From Nocardioides sp. (GTDB taxonomy: Bacteria > Actinomycetota > Actinomycetes > Propionibacteriales > Nocardioidaceae): a stretch of DNA of 37,732 nt. Positions 9,357-18,205 of the stretch are shown here, piece after piece. The DNA lies in contig JBAWHI010000264.1 of assembly GCA_049593675.1 (NCBI GenBank), forward strand, positions 1-37,732. Reading direction: 5' to 3'. Numbering within the stretch: the stretch's first letter is position 1; every line of letters starts with the position of its first letter. A model generated the notes under the pieces. The model saw only the letters and a program-made list of their open reading frames with translations. It was not told the origin of the DNA and ran no database searches. Position numbers and translations under genes: made by a program.

Positions 9357-11342
9357 TCACACCTTCCGCGGCCACCAGAACCGGTCGCCGAGCAGCACCG
9401 CGATCGCCGGGACCAGCATGGTCCGGACGATGAGGGTGTCGAGCAGGACGCCGATGCAGATGATCGTCCCGAGCTGGGCGAGCGCGACCAGGGGCAGCAC
9501 GCCCAGCACCGCGAACACCGCGGCCAGGAGGATGCCGGCGCTCGTGATCACGCCGCCGGTCACGGTGAGCGCGCGCAGCATGCCCTCCCGGGAGCCGTGC
9601 TCACGCCCCTCCTCACGGGCCCGGGAGACCAGGAAGATGTTGTAGTCGACGCCGAGAGCGACGAGGAACAGGAACGCGAACAGGGGCACCTGGACCGAGA
9701 GGGCCGCGAACCCGAAGACCCCGGTGAACAGCCACCACGAGGCGCCGAGGGCGGCGGCGTAGGTGGCCACGACCGACAGCACCAGCAGCACCGGGCCGAG
9801 CACGGAGCGCAGGAGGATCGCGAGGCCGAGCAGCACCATGATCAAGATCAGCGGCACGATGAGCATCAGGTCGCGCTGGGCGCGATCGCGCTCGTCCATC
9901 GCCTCGGCCTCGGAGCCACCGACATGGGTGTCGCCGGTGCCGGCGAGCTCGTCGCGCAGCCGGTCGACGGTGTCCTGGCTCGCCGCCGAGCCGGGCTCGT
10001 CGGCGAGGACGACCTCCAGCACGCTCACGCCGTTGCCGCTCCCGGTGATGCGGGCGGACTGGACGCCGTCGGTCGCCTCGACCACCTGCAGGACCTGCTT
10101 GCCGTCGCCGGTCGACACGACCCTCGCCGGCTCGACGGTGCCGGACGGGAACGACTCGGCCAGGCGCTCGGCGGCCGTGATCGCCTCGGGCTCGTCGAGG
10201 AACTGGTCGGACAGGTCGAGCCCGACGCGGACGCCCAGGATGCCGGAGGCCAGGATGCCCAGCAGCACCAGCGTGCTCGCGATGACGGTGCCCGGACGCC
10301 GCGACACCACGCGGCCGATCTTGTGGAAGATCGAGTCGGCGTCGACGGCCGCGGTGTCACCGTGGCGCGGCACCTTCGGCCAGAAGACCCAGCGGCCGAA
10401 GAGCACCAGAGCCGCGGGCAGCACGATGAGCGCGAAGGCAGCGGCCACGACGATGCCGACGGCGCTGGCCAGACCGAGGCCGCGCGTCGCGGGGGTGAGC
10501 GAGAGCAGCAGCGTGAGCACCGCGAGGAAGACCGTGGTCGCGCTGCCGAGGACCGCCTCCGACGTACGGCGCAGCGCCAGCGCCATCGCCTCGTTGCGGG
10601 AGTCGTGGCGGCGCAGCTCGTCGCGGTAGCGCGAGATCAGCAGCAGGGCGTAGTCGGTGCCGGCTCCGAAGACGAGCACCGACACGATCCCGACGGTGGT
10701 GCCGTCCCAGGGCAGGCCCACCGCCTCCAACGTGCGGGTGGCCGCGAGTGCGGCGAACTGGTCGGCGACGCCGACCACCGTGAGCGGGATGATCCACAGC
10801 ACGGGGCTGCGATAGGTGATGACCAGCAGCACCGCCACGATGACCATGGTGGCGAGCAGCAGCCGGACGTCGGCCCCCTCGAACACGGCGCCGAGGTCGG
10901 TCTGGATGCCGGCCGGCCCGGTGACGCGGGCGCTCACGCCCGGCGGGGCGTCCTCGGTGAGCTGGCTGCGCAGGTCCTCGACCTGGGCGCCGACCTCGTC
11001 CGAGCTGCCGGCCTGCACCGGGACGACCGCGATCGCGGCCGTGCCGTCCTCGGCCGGGATCACCTGGTCGGCCTGGCCGCGGATCGCGGCCAGCGCGTCC
11101 TGGTCGAGGGTGCCGCTGTCGGCGGACCAGAGCACGATGGCCGCCGTGGTCTCCTCGTCCGGCAGTTGCTCGAGCAGCTCGGCGGCGGCGGTGCTGTCCG
11201 CGCCGTCGGGCATCTGGTCGCGCGGGTCCGGCTCGCGCTCGGCCGACCCGACCCCGCCGATCAGCACGATCGCGATCAGCAGGGGCAGCAGGGCGAAGAT
11301 CCAGGCGGTCCGCCGGCCGGTGATGATCGACGCAGCGTGCAC
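9357..11342 (-). CDS. MMPL family transporter
   Basis: FGAGTDYALLLISRYRDEL, FLVALGVDYNIFL, GGVITSAG, LLDTLIVRT; GTG 11342 with AGGAGGA SD. Confidence 0.93.
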   Translation of the reverse strand: MHAASIITGRRTAWIFALLPLLIAIVLIGGVGSAEREPDPRDQMPDGADSTAAAELLEQLPDEETTAAIVLWSADSGTLDQDALAAIRGQADQVIPAEDGTAAIAVVPVQAGSSDEVGAQVEDLRSQLTEDAPPGVSARVTGPAGIQTDLGAVFEGADVRLLLATMVIVAVLLVITYRSPVLWIIPLTVVGVADQFAALAATRTLEAVGLPWDGTTVGIVSVLVFGAGTDYALLLISRYRDELRRHDSRNEAMALALRRTSEAVLGSATTVFLAVLTLLLSLTPATRGLGLASAVGIVVAAAFALIVLPAALVLFGRWVFWPKVPRHGDTAAVDADSIFHKIGRVVSRRPGTVIASTLVLLGILASGILGVRVGLDLSDQFLDEPEAITAAERLAESFPSGTVEPARVVSTGDGKQVLQVVEATDGVQSARITGSGNGVSVLEVVLADEPGSAASQDTVDRLRDELAGTGDTHVGGSEAEAMDERDRAQRDLMLIVPLILIMVLLGLAILLRSVLGPVLLVLSVVATYAAALGASWWLFTGVFGFAALSVQVPLFAFLFLVALGVDYNIFLVSRAREEGREHGSREGMLRALTVTGGVITSAGILLAAVFAVLGVLPLVALAQLGTIICIGVLLDTLIVRTMLVPAIAVLLGDRFWWPRKV

Positions 11343-11376
11343 AGGTCCTCCTGGGGGCGAGATAGGCGTAGAGTGC

Positions 11377-11397
11377 CTAATTAACTTAGCAACTAAG
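11377..11397. promoter_or_regulatory. AT-rich overlapping palindromes, probable MarR operator
   Basis: CTAA-TTAAC-TTAG (11377-11389) and CTTAG-CAA-CTAAG (11385-11397) between divergent mmpL and marR. Confidence 0.6.
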
Positions 11398-11410
11398 CAG
11401 GTGAGAGAAA

Positions 11411-11899
11411 ATGGTGGGTCCCGCGAGCGCCTTCGCCGACGACTGGGAGCAGACGGGCAGCCTCGTCGCACTCCGGGAGGTGATCGAGACCGGAAGCAGG
11501 TTGCGCCACCTGATCGCGCGCCGCGCCGGGCTCTCCGAGAGCCACCTGGTCGCCATGGAGCACCTGATGCGCGGCCCGCTGGGCCCGGGTGACCTCGCTC
11601 GGATCCTCGATGTGACCACCGCGGCCTCGACGGGCGTGGTCGACCGGCTGGTGGAGCACGGCCACGTGGAGCGGCACCCGCACGAGCGGGACCGGCGGCG
11701 GACGCAGGTCGAGGTGACGCCGGCCGGTCGCGAGGACGTGCTCGGGCACCTGCTGCCGATGTTCGTGGCGCTCGACCGCCTGGACCGGTCCTTCGACGAC
11801 CACGAGCGGGCCGTGGTCGAGCGCTACCTGCGCGGCGTGATCGCGGCGTTCGACGCGCTCGCCGCGGACGATGCACCCGCGCCGCCCTCGGAGGCGTAG
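11411..11899 (+). CDS. MarR family transcriptional regulator
   Basis: GPGDLARILDVTTAASTGVVDRLV..GHVER.PH..DRR...V..T..G winged HTH. Confidence 0.9.
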   Translation: MVGPASAFADDWEQTGSLVALREVIETGSRLRHLIARRAGLSESHLVAMEHLMRGPLGPGDLARILDVTTAASTGVVDRLVEHGHVERHPHERDRRRTQVEVTPAGREDVLGHLLPMFVALDRLDRSFDDHERAVVERYLRGVIAAFDALAADDAPAPPSEA

Positions 11900-12630
11900 A
11901 GCGCGGCGCCGACGACGCCGGCCTTGTTGCGCAGGGTCGCCGCGATGATCTCGGTGTCGAGGTCGAGCAGCGGCAGGAACTCCTCGGACTCCTTGGAGAC
12001 GCCGCCGCCGACGACGAACAGTTCGGGGGAGAACAGCATCTCGAGGGTCCGGTAGTAGCGGTTCAGCCGCTGCGCCCACTCCTCCCAGGAGAGCCCCTCG
12101 CGGGTGCGGGCGCTGTTGGCCGCGCGCGACTCCGCGTCGTGGCCGTCGATCTGGAGGTGGCCGAGCTCTGCGTTCGGGACGAGCACGCCGTCGTGGATCA
12201 GCGCCGACCCGATCCCCGTGCCCAGCGTGGTGACGATGACCAGGCCGGTCCGACCGCGCGCTGCGCCGTACCGGACCTCGGCGAGCCCGGCCGCGTCGGC
12301 GTCGTTGACCACGTGCACCTCGCGCCCCGTCGCGGCGGTGAACAGGGCGTCGGCATCGGTGCCGATCCAGGACCGGTGGATGTTGGCCGCGGACTGCACG
12401 ACCCCCTGGCGCACGACGCCGGGCACGGTCACCCCGACCGCGCCGGTGGACTCGGGGAACGCGGCGAGCAGGTCGACGAAGAGGGCGGCGACGTTGTCGG
12501 GCGTGGACTCCTCCGGGGTGCGCACCCGCTCGCGCTCGGCGGCGAAGTCGCCTGCCGCCAGGTCGACCGGGGCGCCCTTGATCCCGGTGCCGCCGAAGTC
12601 GATCCCGAAGGGGTTGTCGCTGGTGGCCAT
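11824..12630 (-). CDS. ppgK: Polyphosphate/ATP glucokinase (ROK family)
   Basis: FGIDFGGTGIKGAPVD, NDADAAGLAE, TLGTGIGSA, PNAELGH, GGGVSK, N.AGVVGAA. Confidence 0.9.
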   Translation of the reverse strand: MATSDNPFGIDFGGTGIKGAPVDLAAGDFAAERERVRTPEESTPDNVAALFVDLLAAFPESTGAVGVTVPGVVRQGVVQSAANIHRSWIGTDADALFTAATGREVHVVNDADAAGLAEVRYGAARGRTGLVIVTTLGTGIGSALIHDGVLVPNAELGHLQIDGHDAESRAANSARTREGLSWEEWAQRLNRYYRTLEMLFSPELFVVGGGVSKESEEFLPLLDLDTEIIAATLRNKAGVVGAALYASEGGAGASSAASASNAAITPRR

Positions 12631-12639
12631 GGGAGCAAC

Positions 12640-13470
12640 CTACGACTTCGGGGCCGCGCTCTTCGGGGCCGAGCTCTTCGAAGCCGCGCTCTTCTTGGTC
12701 GCAGCCCGCTTGCGCGGCGGGCGCTGGGAGCGCAGCCGAACCCGGGGCTGCCCGCCGTCGGGGTGGTCGAGGTCGAGGTAGCTCTGCGCGCCGGCCAGGG
12801 CGCTCAGCCGCGGGAAGCCGTAGTGGCGCGGGTCGAACGACGCGTGCGTCTTGCCGAGGTAGGTGCCGACCGAGCCGAGGGCCGACCACCCGTCGTCCTG
12901 GGCGGTGCTGAGCACCGCCGCCTCGAGGATGGTGCGCAGGTCGGGCAGCGAGTCGGCCTCGGACTCTGCGTCGGAGTCCGCGTCCGCCTCGGCCTGGGGG
13001 TCCTTCGTGCCGTTCTTGCCACCGGCCTCCTCGCGCAGCACCTCGAGGTAGATGAACTTGTCGCAGGCGGCCTGCAGGGAGGCGGGCGTCCGCCGCCGGC
13101 CCAGGCCATAGACCGTCTTGCCGGACTCGCGCAGCCGGGTGGCGAGCCGGGTGAAGTCGCTGTCGCTCGACACGATGGCGAAGGCGTCGAGGGTGCCGGA
13201 GTAGAGCAGGTCCATCGCGTCGATGATGAGGGCCGAGTCGGTGGAGTTCTTGCCGACGGTGTTGGCGAACTGCTGGATCGGCTGGATCGCGTGCCGGGCC
13301 AGCTCGGCCTTCCAGCCGGTGAGCTGCTGGGTGGTCCAGTCGCCGTAGGCGCGCTTGACCGTCGGCACGCCGTAGCGCGCGAGCTCGGCCAACAGCGAGG
13401 CTGAGTGGGATGCGGAGACGTTGTCGGCGTCGATGAGGACGGCGAGGCGCACGTCGGCGGGTTCGGTCAC
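12640..13470 (-). CDS. NYN (LabA/DUF88 PIN-like) domain protein with C-terminal OST-HTH/LOTUS domain and Lys/Ala/Ser-rich tail
   Basis: LAVLIDADN, RAYGDW, GKNSTD..LIIDAMD, VSSDSDF, ACDKFIY; LOTUS-like DGW..LG.VG......SFDPRHYGF..LS.L. Confidence 0.88.
   Translation of the reverse strand: MTEPADVRLAVLIDADNVSASHSASLLAELARYGVPTVKRAYGDWTTQQLTGWKAELARHAIQPIQQFANTVGKNSTDSALIIDAMDLLYSGTLDAFAIVSSDSDFTRLATRLRESGKTVYGLGRRRTPASLQAACDKFIYLEVLREEAGGKNGTKDPQAEADADSDAESEADSLPDLRTILEAAVLSTAQDDGWSALGSVGTYLGKTHASFDPRHYGFPRLSALAGAQSYLDLDHPDGGQPRVRLRSQRPPRKRAATKKSAASKSSAPKSAAPKS
12646..12690. repeat. 3 x 15-bp imperfect tandem repeat encoding KSAAS/KSSAP/KSAAP
   Basis: cttcggggccgcgct / cttcggggccgagct / cttcgaagccgcgct. 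Confidence 0.8.
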
Positions 13471-13536
13471 CTCCCACTCCTACCACCGGGAGGGTCGCCG
13501 ATGGCGGGCGCGCGCCGCACCGACCCGGTTGCAAGG

Positions 13537-13591
13537 TTTACAGATGGCCGCCCCTTGTCAATCGGCTTGACATTTCGTACGGTGCTGTAAA
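13537..13591 (+). promoter_or_regulatory. alkB promoter overlapped by two TTKACA-N13-TGTMAA inverted repeats
   Basis: TTTACA-N13-TGTCAA (13537-13561) and TTGACA-N13-TGTAAA (13567-13591); -35 TTGTCA (13555-13560), 17-nt spacer, -10 TACGGT (13578-13583). Confidence 0.75.
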
Positions 13592-13632
13592 GCACCGCAC
13601 GTGATCGCCGTCACCGGCAGGAGGCACCTCGG

Positions 13633-15129
13633 ATGTCAGCCCCCGAGCACCACCCCGCGACAACCGCTGCGACCGGCCCCGCGACCGGCCCCGCGACCGG
13701 CCCCGCGACCGGCCCCGCGAACAGCACCGTTCCGGCCGGGTCCACCGCGGCCTGGAAGGACCGCAAGCGCTACCTGTGGCTGATCGGCCTGGTGGTGCCG
13801 ATGCTCGCCTTCATCGGCTACGGCATGTGGGCGCTCACCGGCTGGGGCGTCTGGCTCTGGATCGGTCCGATCGTGATCCTCGGGGTCGTCCCGGCGATCG
13901 ACCTGGTCGCCGGCCTGGACCGCTCCAACCCTCCCGACGACGTGATCGAGGCGCTGGAGAACGACCGCTACTACCGGTGGATCACCTACCTGTTCCTGCC
14001 GATCCAGTACGCCGGGTTCATCGGGGCGATGTGGCTGATCGGCGGAGGGGTCGAGCTCTCGACGTTCGCCAAGGTCGGACTGGCGATCTCGATCGGCGCC
14101 ATCGGCGGGATCGGCATCAACACCGCCCACGAGCTCGGTCACAAGCGCGAGCAGAACGAGCGCTGGCTGTCGAAGATCGCCCTGGCCCAGAGCTTCTACG
14201 GGCACTTCTACATCGAGCACAACCGCGGCCACCACGTCCGGGTGGCGACACCCGAGGACCCGGCCTCGTCGCGGTTCGGTGAGAACTTCTACCAGTTCTG
14301 GCCGCGCACGGTCATCGGGTCGCTGAGGTCCGCCTGGCGGCTGGAGAAGCGCCGCTACGCGCGCAAGAAGCAGCATCCGTTCCGGATCGGCAACGACGTC
14401 CTCAACGCCTGGCTGATGTCGCTCGTGCTCTGGGGTGGGCTGATCGCCTGGCTGGGCGTCGAGATCCTGCCGTACCTGCTGATCCAGGCGGTCGTCGGCT
14501 TCTCGCTGCTCGAGGTGGTCAACTACATGGAGCACTACGGGATGCTGCGCCAGAAGGTCGGCGTCGGCGAGCGGCAGCGCTACGAGCGGGTCGATCCCTC
14601 GCACTCGTGGAACTCCAACAACATCGCGACCAACGTGCTGCTCTACCACTTGCAGCGCCACAGCGACCACCACGCCAACCCGACCCGGCGCTATCAGTCG
14701 CTGCGCGACTTCGAGGAGTCGCCGGTGCTGCCGACGGGCTACGCCGGGATGATCGTGCTCGCCATCGTCCCCGCCGTCTGGCGACGGGTCATGGATCCGC
14801 GGGTGCTCGCGCACTTCGACGGGGACCTCTCGCGAGCCAACCTGAGCCCGCGCAAGCGCGACAAGATCCTGGCGAAGTACCCCGTCCCGGTGGTCGAGGT
14901 GGAGGGGCAGCAGCCGGAGCGGAGCACCGCCGACACCGTGGACGAGGTGGAGGTCCTGGCCGCCCGGTGCCCCGGCTGCGGCTACACCTACCGGGTGGAG
15001 GACGGCGACGAGCACGAGGGCTTCGCGGCCGGTACGTCGTGGGCGGAGATCCCCGCGGCGTGGTGCTGCCCGGACTGCGGGGTGCGCGAGAAGGTCGACT
15101 TCGTGCCGCTCACCGACGCCCTCGCCTGA
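13633..15129 (+). CDS. alkB: Alkane 1-monooxygenase fused to a C-terminal rubredoxin
   Basis: His boxes HELGHK, EHNRGHH, NYMEHYG, LQRHSDHHA; WKDRKRYLW N-terminus; rubredoxin CPGCG...WCCPDCG; GGAGG SD. Confidence 0.96.
   Translation: MSAPEHHPATTAATGPATGPATGPATGPANSTVPAGSTAAWKDRKRYLWLIGLVVPMLAFIGYGMWALTGWGVWLWIGPIVILGVVPAIDLVAGLDRSNPPDDVIEALENDRYYRWITYLFLPIQYAGFIGAMWLIGGGVELSTFAKVGLAISIGAIGGIGINTAHELGHKREQNERWLSKIALAQSFYGHFYIEHNRGHHVRVATPEDPASSRFGENFYQFWPRTVIGSLRSAWRLEKRRYARKKQHPFRIGNDVLNAWLMSLVLWGGLIAWLGVEILPYLLIQAVVGFSLLEVVNYMEHYGMLRQKVGVGERQRYERVDPSHSWNSNNIATNVLLYHLQRHSDHHANPTRRYQSLRDFEESPVLPTGYAGMIVLAIVPAVWRRVMDPRVLAHFDGDLSRANLSPRKRDKILAKYPVPVVEVEGQQPERSTADTVDEVEVLAARCPGCGYTYRVEDGDEHEGFAAGTSWAEIPAAWCCPDCGVREKVDFVPLTDALA
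13669..13720 (+). repeat. 4.3 x 12-bp perfect tandem repeat GCGACCGGCCCC (ATGP) in the alkB 5' end
   Basis: Units start at 13669, 13681, 13693 and 13705, plus a partial GCGA. Confidence 0.95.
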
Positions 15130-15162
15130 GGCGGGCGTCGAGGCGTTCCTAGGATGAGCGTC

Positions 15163-15732
15163 ATGACCCTGGCTGCGACGATGCGCGAGCGCATCGTCGA
15201 CGCGGCCGCGGCGATGACCTCGGAGTCGGGCTGGTCGACGGTCACGATGGGGGCGCTGGCCGACCGGGTCGGGGTCAGCCGGCAGACCGTCTACAACGAG
15301 ATCGGCACCAAGCCCGGGCTGGCCGAGGCGATGATCCTGCGCGAGCTGGACCGTTTCCTCGGGGTCGTCTCTCGAGCCTTCGACGACCATCCGAGCGACC
15401 TGGTCGGCGCGATCCGCGAGGCCTCGCGCGGCGTGCTCGAGCTGGCCCAGGACAACAAGCTCCTGCACGCGGTGGTCTCGGCCACCCACGGCGCCGACAC
15501 CGAGCTGCTCCCCCTGCTGACCACGCACGCCGAGTCGCTGCTGGCGGCGGCCAAGCTGGTCGTGGGCGAGCGGCTCGCGCCGTACTCCATCGACCTGGAC
15601 GCCGCCCACCTGGAGGCTGCGATCGACATGGTGGTCCGGGTGGTGCTCAGCCACGTGATGCAGCCCTCCGCCCCCCCTGCCCGGACCGCCGACGACGTGG
15701 CCTGGATCGCGGCCCGGGTGCTGCGCACCTGA
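15163..15732 (+). CDS. TetR family regulator (AlkX/AlkU-like)
   Basis: GWSTVTMGALADRVGVSRQTVYNEIGTK and LLPLLTT motif; directly downstream of alkB. TAGGAT (15150-15155) 7 nt before ATG 15163 (alternative ATG 15154). Confidence 0.88.
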   Translation: MTLAATMRERIVDAAAAMTSESGWSTVTMGALADRVGVSRQTVYNEIGTKPGLAEAMILRELDRFLGVVSRAFDDHPSDLVGAIREASRGVLELAQDNKLLHAVVSATHGADTELLPLLTTHAESLLAAAKLVVGERLAPYSIDLDAAHLEAAIDMVVRVVLSHVMQPSAPPARTADDVAWIAARVLRT

Positions 15733-15737
15733 GGGTT

Positions 15738-15809
15738 GTCAGGCTTCACCTGACGTTGTCAGGCGTTGCAACCCCCGACAACGTCAGGAATCCCCGGTCG
15801 ACCGGGGAT
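15738..15809. repeat. 72-bp nested-palindrome interspersed repeat (REP-like), copy 1
   Basis: Core 15749-15809 matches 37381-37441 at 59/61; contains CCTGACGTTGTC..GACAACGTCAGG and ATCCCCGGTCGACCGGGGAT palindromes. Confidence 0.9.
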
Positions 15810-15819
15810 CCATCCAGCC

Positions 15820-16680
15820 TCACGCACCCCGCCGAGCACGCGCGAGCTCGACCGCGTCACGGAACGCCTGGGCGACGTACGGCGGCACCTTGAGGCCGTG
15901 CTGGTGCGCCCACAGCAGCTCGCGCTCGACGCGGGAGATCTGGGCGGCGAAGTCGTCGATGTCGTCGGTGATGCCCAGGCTGCGCATCACGTCGCCGAAG
16001 TCGGCGAGCTGGACCGGGTTGTTGGAGCCGACCGGGGCGAACGAGAGGCGCCGCAGGTGGCGCACCAGCCACCGCTGCCAGCCGGCGAGCTGGGCCCACA
16101 GGCCGCGTGCGGAGAGCTGGTAGAAGGCGTAGTGGCCCGGCTCCTGGCGGCGGATCGGCGCCACCACGGTCCGGGCGATCGCGTCCTCGCCGAGGTCGAC
16201 CACCCCGTCGTGGAGAAGGTTGTAGGCCAGCACCGCGGAGCGCTCGGTGGCCATGCCGGTCAGGTAGTAGATCATCCGGCAGACGTCCTGGACGGCGTCG
16301 AGGTGGGCGAGCGCGCCGAGGATCTTGATCTTGGCGCCGACCGACGACAGGTCGGCCTCGGCGTTCGGGCGCCCGAGATGCACCTGCAGGTCGTCGAGGA
16401 TCAGACCGTGGCGGGTCTCCTGCGGCTGCCACACGTCGGCGTAGAAGCGGCGATCGATCTCGGGCGGGTCCGGCAGCAGCGTCGTCAGCTCGAGGACGTT
16501 GCGGTCGACCTCGAGCTCGACGCGCGCCATGTAGTCCAGGACGTGGCCGTAGCGCTCGTTGAGCAGCTGTGGGCGGCGCACGGTGAAGTCGACGGTGGCG
16601 AGGTCGATGGGTGGGTGCTCGAGGCCCAGCCGATCGACGTGATCCGCGAGCCGGGCCTCGACGGCGGACGCAAGGGCCAT
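15820..16680 (-). CDS. Ferritin-like diiron protein (acyl-ACP desaturase-like fold)
   Basis: E...WxxQETRH and E...IRRQEPGH carboxylate/His spacing; TAGGAT 6 nt before the ATG. Confidence 0.7.
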   Translation of the reverse strand: MALASAVEARLADHVDRLGLEHPPIDLATVDFTVRRPQLLNERYGHVLDYMARVELEVDRNVLELTTLLPDPPEIDRRFYADVWQPQETRHGLILDDLQVHLGRPNAEADLSSVGAKIKILGALAHLDAVQDVCRMIYYLTGMATERSAVLAYNLLHDGVVDLGEDAIARTVVAPIRRQEPGHYAFYQLSARGLWAQLAGWQRWLVRHLRRLSFAPVGSNNPVQLADFGDVMRSLGITDDIDDFAAQISRVERELLWAHQHGLKVPPYVAQAFRDAVELARARRGA

Positions 16681-16743
16681 TGCAGAATCCTAGGGGGACC
16701 GCGCGAGCGCGCTCGTCAGGGGCGCCCCGACTACGCTGGCGGT

Positions 16744-18141
16744 GTGACCGACGCCTCCGGATCGGGTGCGGGAGTACGACTCGGTACGGCGACCGGCCGC
16801 GCGGTCGTCCTCGCGGCCGTGCTCGGCTCCGGCATGACGCTGCTCGACGGCACCGTCGTGAACGTCGCGCTGCGCACGATCGGCGCCGACCTCGAGGCAT
16901 CGCTCGCTCAGCTGCAGTGGATCTCGAACGGCTACCTGCTCTCCCTCTCCGCCTTCATCCTGCTCGGCGGGTCGCTGGGCGACCGGTTCGGCAGACGGCG
17001 GATGTTCGTGGTCGGCACCGTCTGGTTCGCGACCGCGTCGCTGCTGTGCGGGATCGCGCCGAACCCGCAGGTGCTGATCGCGGCCCGGGTCCTGCAGGGT
17101 CTGGGTGCCGCGCTGCTGATGCCGGGCAGCCTGGCGATGATCCAGGGTGCCTTCGTCCGCGCGGACCGGCCGAAGGCGATCGGCGCGTGGTCCGGCCTCG
17201 GGAGCATCGCCGCCGCGATCGGCCCCTTCGTGGGCGGTGCGCTGGTCCAGTACGCCGACTGGCGCTGGATCTTCCTGGTCAACCTGCCGCTCGCCGCGGT
17301 GGCCGTCGGGGTCGCCCAGCGGGCGGTGCCGGAGACGCGCGACCCGCACACGCCCCGCGACTTCGACCTGGTCGGCGCCGTGCTCGCGGCGCTCGCGCTC
17401 GGCGGGCTCACCTATGCCCTCATCGAGTGGGGCGGCACCTACGCGGCCTGGGCGCTGGTGGTGACGGTGCTGGCAGCGGTCGGCTTCGTCGTCGACGAGC
17501 GCCGCAGCGACCATCCGATGCTGCCGCTCGGCATCTTCGCCGACCGCACCTTTGCGGCGGCCAACGCGATGACGCTGGTGGTGTACGCCGCGCTCGGCGC
17601 CGTGCTGTTCTTCCTGGTCCTCCAGCTGCAGACCGTCAGCGGCTACGGCGCCCTCGAGGCCGGGCTGGCCACCCTCCCGATCACCGTCTGCATGCTGCTG
17701 CTCGCCGCGCGCGGCGGCGCCCTCAGCAGCCGGATCGGTCCGCGGATCCCGATGACGATCGGTCCGCTGGTGATGGCGCTCGGCACCCTGCTGCTCACCC
17801 GGGTCGGCCCGAACGTGGACTACTGGACCGACGTCCTGCCCGGACTGACGATCTTCGGCATCGGCCTCGCGCTGATGGTGGCTCCGCTGACCGCGACCGT
17901 GCTGGCCGCGGCGCCCGACGAGCACGCGGGGATCGCGAGCGGGGTCAGCAACGCGGTGGCCCGCGCCGGCTCGCTGCTGTCGGTCGCGGCGCTGCCACTC
18001 GTGGTCGGCCTGAGCGGGGCCGAGTACGCCGACGCGGCGGCCTTCGACGCGGCGTACGTCTCCGCGATCTGGATCTGCTCGGCGCTGCTCGCCGTCGGCG
18101 GTGCGATCTCGTGGCTCACGATCCGCAACCCGGGACTCTAG
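16744..18141 (+). CDS. MFS transporter, DHA2/EmrB-QacA type
   Basis: LDGTVVNVAL, GSLGDRFGRRR (motif A), ARVLQGLGAA, WRWIFLVNLP; GTG 16744 preceded by TACGCT. Confidence 0.92.
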   Translation: MTDASGSGAGVRLGTATGRAVVLAAVLGSGMTLLDGTVVNVALRTIGADLEASLAQLQWISNGYLLSLSAFILLGGSLGDRFGRRRMFVVGTVWFATASLLCGIAPNPQVLIAARVLQGLGAALLMPGSLAMIQGAFVRADRPKAIGAWSGLGSIAAAIGPFVGGALVQYADWRWIFLVNLPLAAVAVGVAQRAVPETRDPHTPRDFDLVGAVLAALALGGLTYALIEWGGTYAAWALVVTVLAAVGFVVDERRSDHPMLPLGIFADRTFAAANAMTLVVYAALGAVLFFLVLQLQTVSGYGALEAGLATLPITVCMLLLAARGGALSSRIGPRIPMTIGPLVMALGTLLLTRVGPNVDYWTDVLPGLTIFGIGLALMVAPLTATVLAAAPDEHAGIASGVSNAVARAGSLLSVAALPLVVGLSGAEYADAAAFDAAYVSAIWICSALLAVGGAISWLTIRNPGL

Positions 18142-18205
18142 CCAGACTTCGGTATTCGCCGGGGCGCCGGTGCGCGGACGGTTCGGCCCGGCGCAGACTC
18201 GCGCC

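Noticed and set aside
12640..13470. NYN protein as a toxin-antitoxin or defence system
   Set aside because: No antitoxin or defence neighbours; housekeeping context.
13669..15809. CRISPR array or IS element from the repeats
   Set aside because: Tandem repeats have no spacers and are in-frame; the palindromic element is not arrayed; no cas or transposase genes.
15820..16680. GTP-binding protein LepA (a label I recall on similar proteins)
   Set aside because: No P-loop or other GTPase motifs; diiron ExxH motifs instead.
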